A program made the position numbers and the translations under genes. Under the pieces are notes generated by a model that saw nothing but the letters and a program-made list of their open reading frames with translations, did not search any database and was not told where the DNA came from. A stretch of DNA of 64,000 nucleotides from Schmidtea nova (lineage: Eukaryota), in contig CM097884.1 of assembly GCA_044892505.1 (NCBI GenBank), positions 152,706,001 through 152,770,000 on the forward strand, given 5' to 3'. Positions 61,001 through 64,000 of the stretch are shown one piece after another (position 1 is the stretch's first letter; every line of letters starts with the position of its first letter).

Positions 61001-64000
61001 TATTGGCTCTAGAGACGCGGCGATGTGGATTTACAGGTTTAACGGATCTGAAATGAACCTAGGCGTCAATCTAGAAGTGGTCCGGATTAGTAAATTTGAT
61101 TGTATAGTAAAACTGCAAGGGACCTAGTGAGCCTGAGTGGTTAGAGCTATAATATCCCTTTTAATGTCTTATGCGTCTCCTCGGAGGCTATCTTCTCATG
61201 GGACTCCGGATATTATAGTATGTTCTTTGGCTACGGGAATTAGCTTGAGAACAGCAATCAGATTTTTGCCAAAATGTGTCTACTAATGTATCCGACATCT
61301 GCCGACGTCAAAGTTGGCCGGATATTTGCAGTGATACCGCTCTTGGCACCTTTAAGTACGGTATAGTACTGTTAGTGCACGAAGAGAAATCGCAATTACG
61401 GGCCTCCACGGGGTGCTTCCTGGTAACCATATTGTGTATGGGACAGAAGACGTATGCGGTGGTGTATTAGCTTAGGTTGAAAGGTCTAAAGGGAAACCTT
61501 ACAAGATTGGCCAATTTGAATTAATGCATTTCAGGTGGGTCAACGTGCTCACCGAGATGGATATCGACAGTCTTGTTGATAGTATCCATGCACGGGTAGA
61601 GGTCGTAACCATTCCTAGACTCCTAGATTGGTATCTAAGGGGGTGGGTTGGCTTCTTCCAACTTTTCGGATGTGAGACACCTGGTGGTCCTTCGGGGCTG
61701 CCCTTTTATGTGTATCACTATGAGTAAAAGTGTGCAAGGCTGAACTGAGTGTACATAGTACGGAGAAAAACCGGGTGTACATTTGGGTTAAACTCTGATA
61801 AGGGAGGATCCCTGCCAATCCTGGGTGGGAAAAGCGGGTGAAGCATTCAATTCAACTCCGTACCTATAAGGATGGTCTGAAACGAAGCCTGTGCTTTAAT
61901 CAGGAAAATAAAACTCCAGGTTAATAGCCCGTTTTACTTTATCAATGAGTTTCTCTAGCCATATGCCTCGACTGACAAAAATGATTCTATACAAAAGATT
62001 GACAAAAAATTTTCTATACAAAAGACCGACATAAAATTCTCTATTCAAAATAACCAGAACAAAAATCCTATTCAAAAATACCAGATCAAAAATCCTTGTA
62101 CAAAATTTCAGAGTCCCTTTTTGCCCGAGAAAAAAATCTAGGAGTAGAAAATCCTATTCAAAAGATTGACAAAAATTTCCTATACAAAAGATCGACCCAA
62201 AAACATAGTGGCTCCCCAACCCACCTGTACAAAAGACCGACAAAATTTTCCTAATGTAGGTAAAAATGTAGGTCAAAATGTAGGTAAGGGAAGTCGGCAA
62301 ATTAGATCCGTACCTTCGTTAAAAGGATTGGCTCTAAGGACCGGGTATGATGGGCTTAGTTAAGAAGTCAGTTGGTATAGAATTGAGCTGTTTTGATGCT
62401 GTTTTGAGGCAACTTGAAATGGTGTTGAGATGGTACTTTTTTAACTGGTTGATGGGGGAATTTTGCTTTGGTTGTTGGTCTTCGGATTGACGATCGTCGT
62501 TGTACACTAAACGGTCAACTTAGAACTGGCACGGACTAATTCGATCTGGACCTCAAATAAAATTATTGGCTCTAGAGACGCGGCGATGTGGATTTACAGG
62601 TTTAACGGATCTGTAATGAACCTAGGCGTCAATCTAGAAGTGGTCCGGATTAGTAAATTTGATTGTATAGTAAAACTGCAAGGGACCTAGTGAGCCTGAG
62701 TGGTTAGAGCTATAATATCCCTTTTAATGTCTTATGCGTCTCCTCGGAGGCTATCTTCTCATGGGACTCCGGATATTATAGTATGTTCTTTGGCTACGGG
62801 AATTAGCTTGAGAACAGCAATCAGATTTTTGCCAAAATGTGTCTACTAATGTATCCGACATCTGCCGACGTCAAAGTTGGCCGGATATTTGCAGTGATAC
62901 CGCTTTTGGCACCTTTAAGTACGGTATAGTACTGTTAGTGCACGAAGAGAAATCGCAATTACGGGCCTCCGCGGGGTGCTTCCTGGTAACCATATTGTGT
63001 ATGGGACAGAAGACGTATGCGGTGGTGTATTAGTTTAGGTTGAAAGGTCTAAAGGGAAACCTTACAAGATTGGACAATTTGAATTAATGCATTTCCGGTG
63101 GGTCAACGTGCTCACCGAGACAGATATCGACAGTCTTGTTGATAGTATCCATGCACGGGTAGAGGTCGTAACCATTCCTAGACTCCTAGATTGGTATCTA
63201 AGGGGGTGGGTTGGCTTCTTCCAACTTTTCGGATGTGAGACAACTGGTGGTCCTTCGGGGCTGCCCTTTTATGTGTATCACTATGAGTAAAAGTGTGCAA
63301 GGCTGAACTGAGTGTACATCGTACGGAGAAAAACCGGGTGTACATTTGGGTTAAACTCTGATAAGGGAGGATCCCTGCCAATCCTGGGTGGGAAAAGCGG
63401 GTGAAGCATTCAATTCAACTCCGTACCTATAAGGACGGTCTGAAACGAAGCATGTGCTTTAATCAGGAAAATAAAACTCCAGGTTAATAGCCCGTTTTAC
63501 TTTATCAATGAGTTTCTCTAGCCATATGCCTCGACTGACAAAAATGATTCTATACAAAAGATTGACAAAACATTTTTCTATACAAAAGACCGACATAAAA
63601 TTCTCTATTCAAAATAACCAGAACAAAAATCCTATTCAAAAATACCAGATCAAAAATCACTGTACAAAATTTCAGAGTCCCTTTTTGCCCGAGAAAAAAA
63701 TCTAGGAGTAGAAAATCCTATTCAAAAGATTGACAAAAATTTCCTATACAAAAGATCGACCCAAAAACATAGTGGCTCCCCAACCCACCTGTACAAAAGA
63801 CCGACAAAATTTTCCTAATGTAGGTAAAAATGTAGGTCAAAATGTAGGTAAGGGAAGTCGGCAAATTAGATCCGTACCTTCGGTAAAAGGATTGGCTCTA
63901 AGGACCGGGTATGATGGGCTTAGTTAAGAAGTCAGTTGGTATAGAATTGAGCTGTTTTGATGCTGTTTTGAGGCAACTTGAAATGGTGTTGAGATGGTAC

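Larger units (their letters stand above)
13145..64000 (+). repeat. Tandem array of an LSU-rRNA-derived unit: 35 complete units (17 of ~1330 bp, 16 of ~1563 bp, 2 of 1536 bp) plus a partial 36th; runs off the window
   Basis: Marker GAAGTCGGCAAATTAGATCC recurs at 13145, 14475, 16039, 17370 ... 63854; periods taken from the recurring ORF coordinates. Confidence 0.98.

Noticed and set aside
13693-63927. Recurrent 64-82 aa ORFs in the array (MSTNV..., MHFRW..., MAGIL..., MSFSS..., MTKIS...)
   Set aside because: They overlap rRNA-derived or spacer DNA, have no recognisable motifs, and are gained, lost or frameshifted between units; recurrence only reflects the repeat.
13145-64000. Functional rDNA cluster
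   Set aside because: No 18S, 5.8S, ITS or complete 28S; only ~250-nt near-canonical fragments with substitutions at conserved positions.
13145-64000. CRISPR-like array
   Set aside because: Units are >1.3 kb and near-identical with no unique spacers; eukaryotic context; no cas genes.

Overview
Eukaryotic, AT-rich scaffold window with two parts and a 339-N gap (7636-7974). (1) Bases 1 to ~12,000 hold a Polinton/Maverick (adintovirus-like) endogenous element. On the + strand it encodes a packaging ATPase, a core-like protein, an RVE integrase, two paralogous minor capsid (penton) proteins, a pX-like protein, a double-jelly-roll major capsid protein, an adenain-like protease and a protein-primed PolB with one frameshift and one nonsense codon. 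The integrase and protease ORFs are completed by tiny 43- and 41-nt GTAAG...TTTAG introns. (2) After ~1.1 kb of AT-rich minisatellites, 13,145-64,000 is a head-to-tail array of 35 complete units plus one partial (17 short ~1.33 kb, 18 long ~1.54-1.56 kb). Each unit appears to be built from nested pieces of LSU (28S) rRNA domain IV/V at different divergence levels: a near-canonical H61-H63/ES27 module, a heavily diverged second copy that still forms helices, and a remnant of the R2/I-PpoI target region. An AT-rich spacer homologous to the DNA next to the Polinton joins the units. All short ORFs in the array are judged spurious. Alignments and folds were done by eye against remembered consensus sequences. 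Host species cannot be determined.
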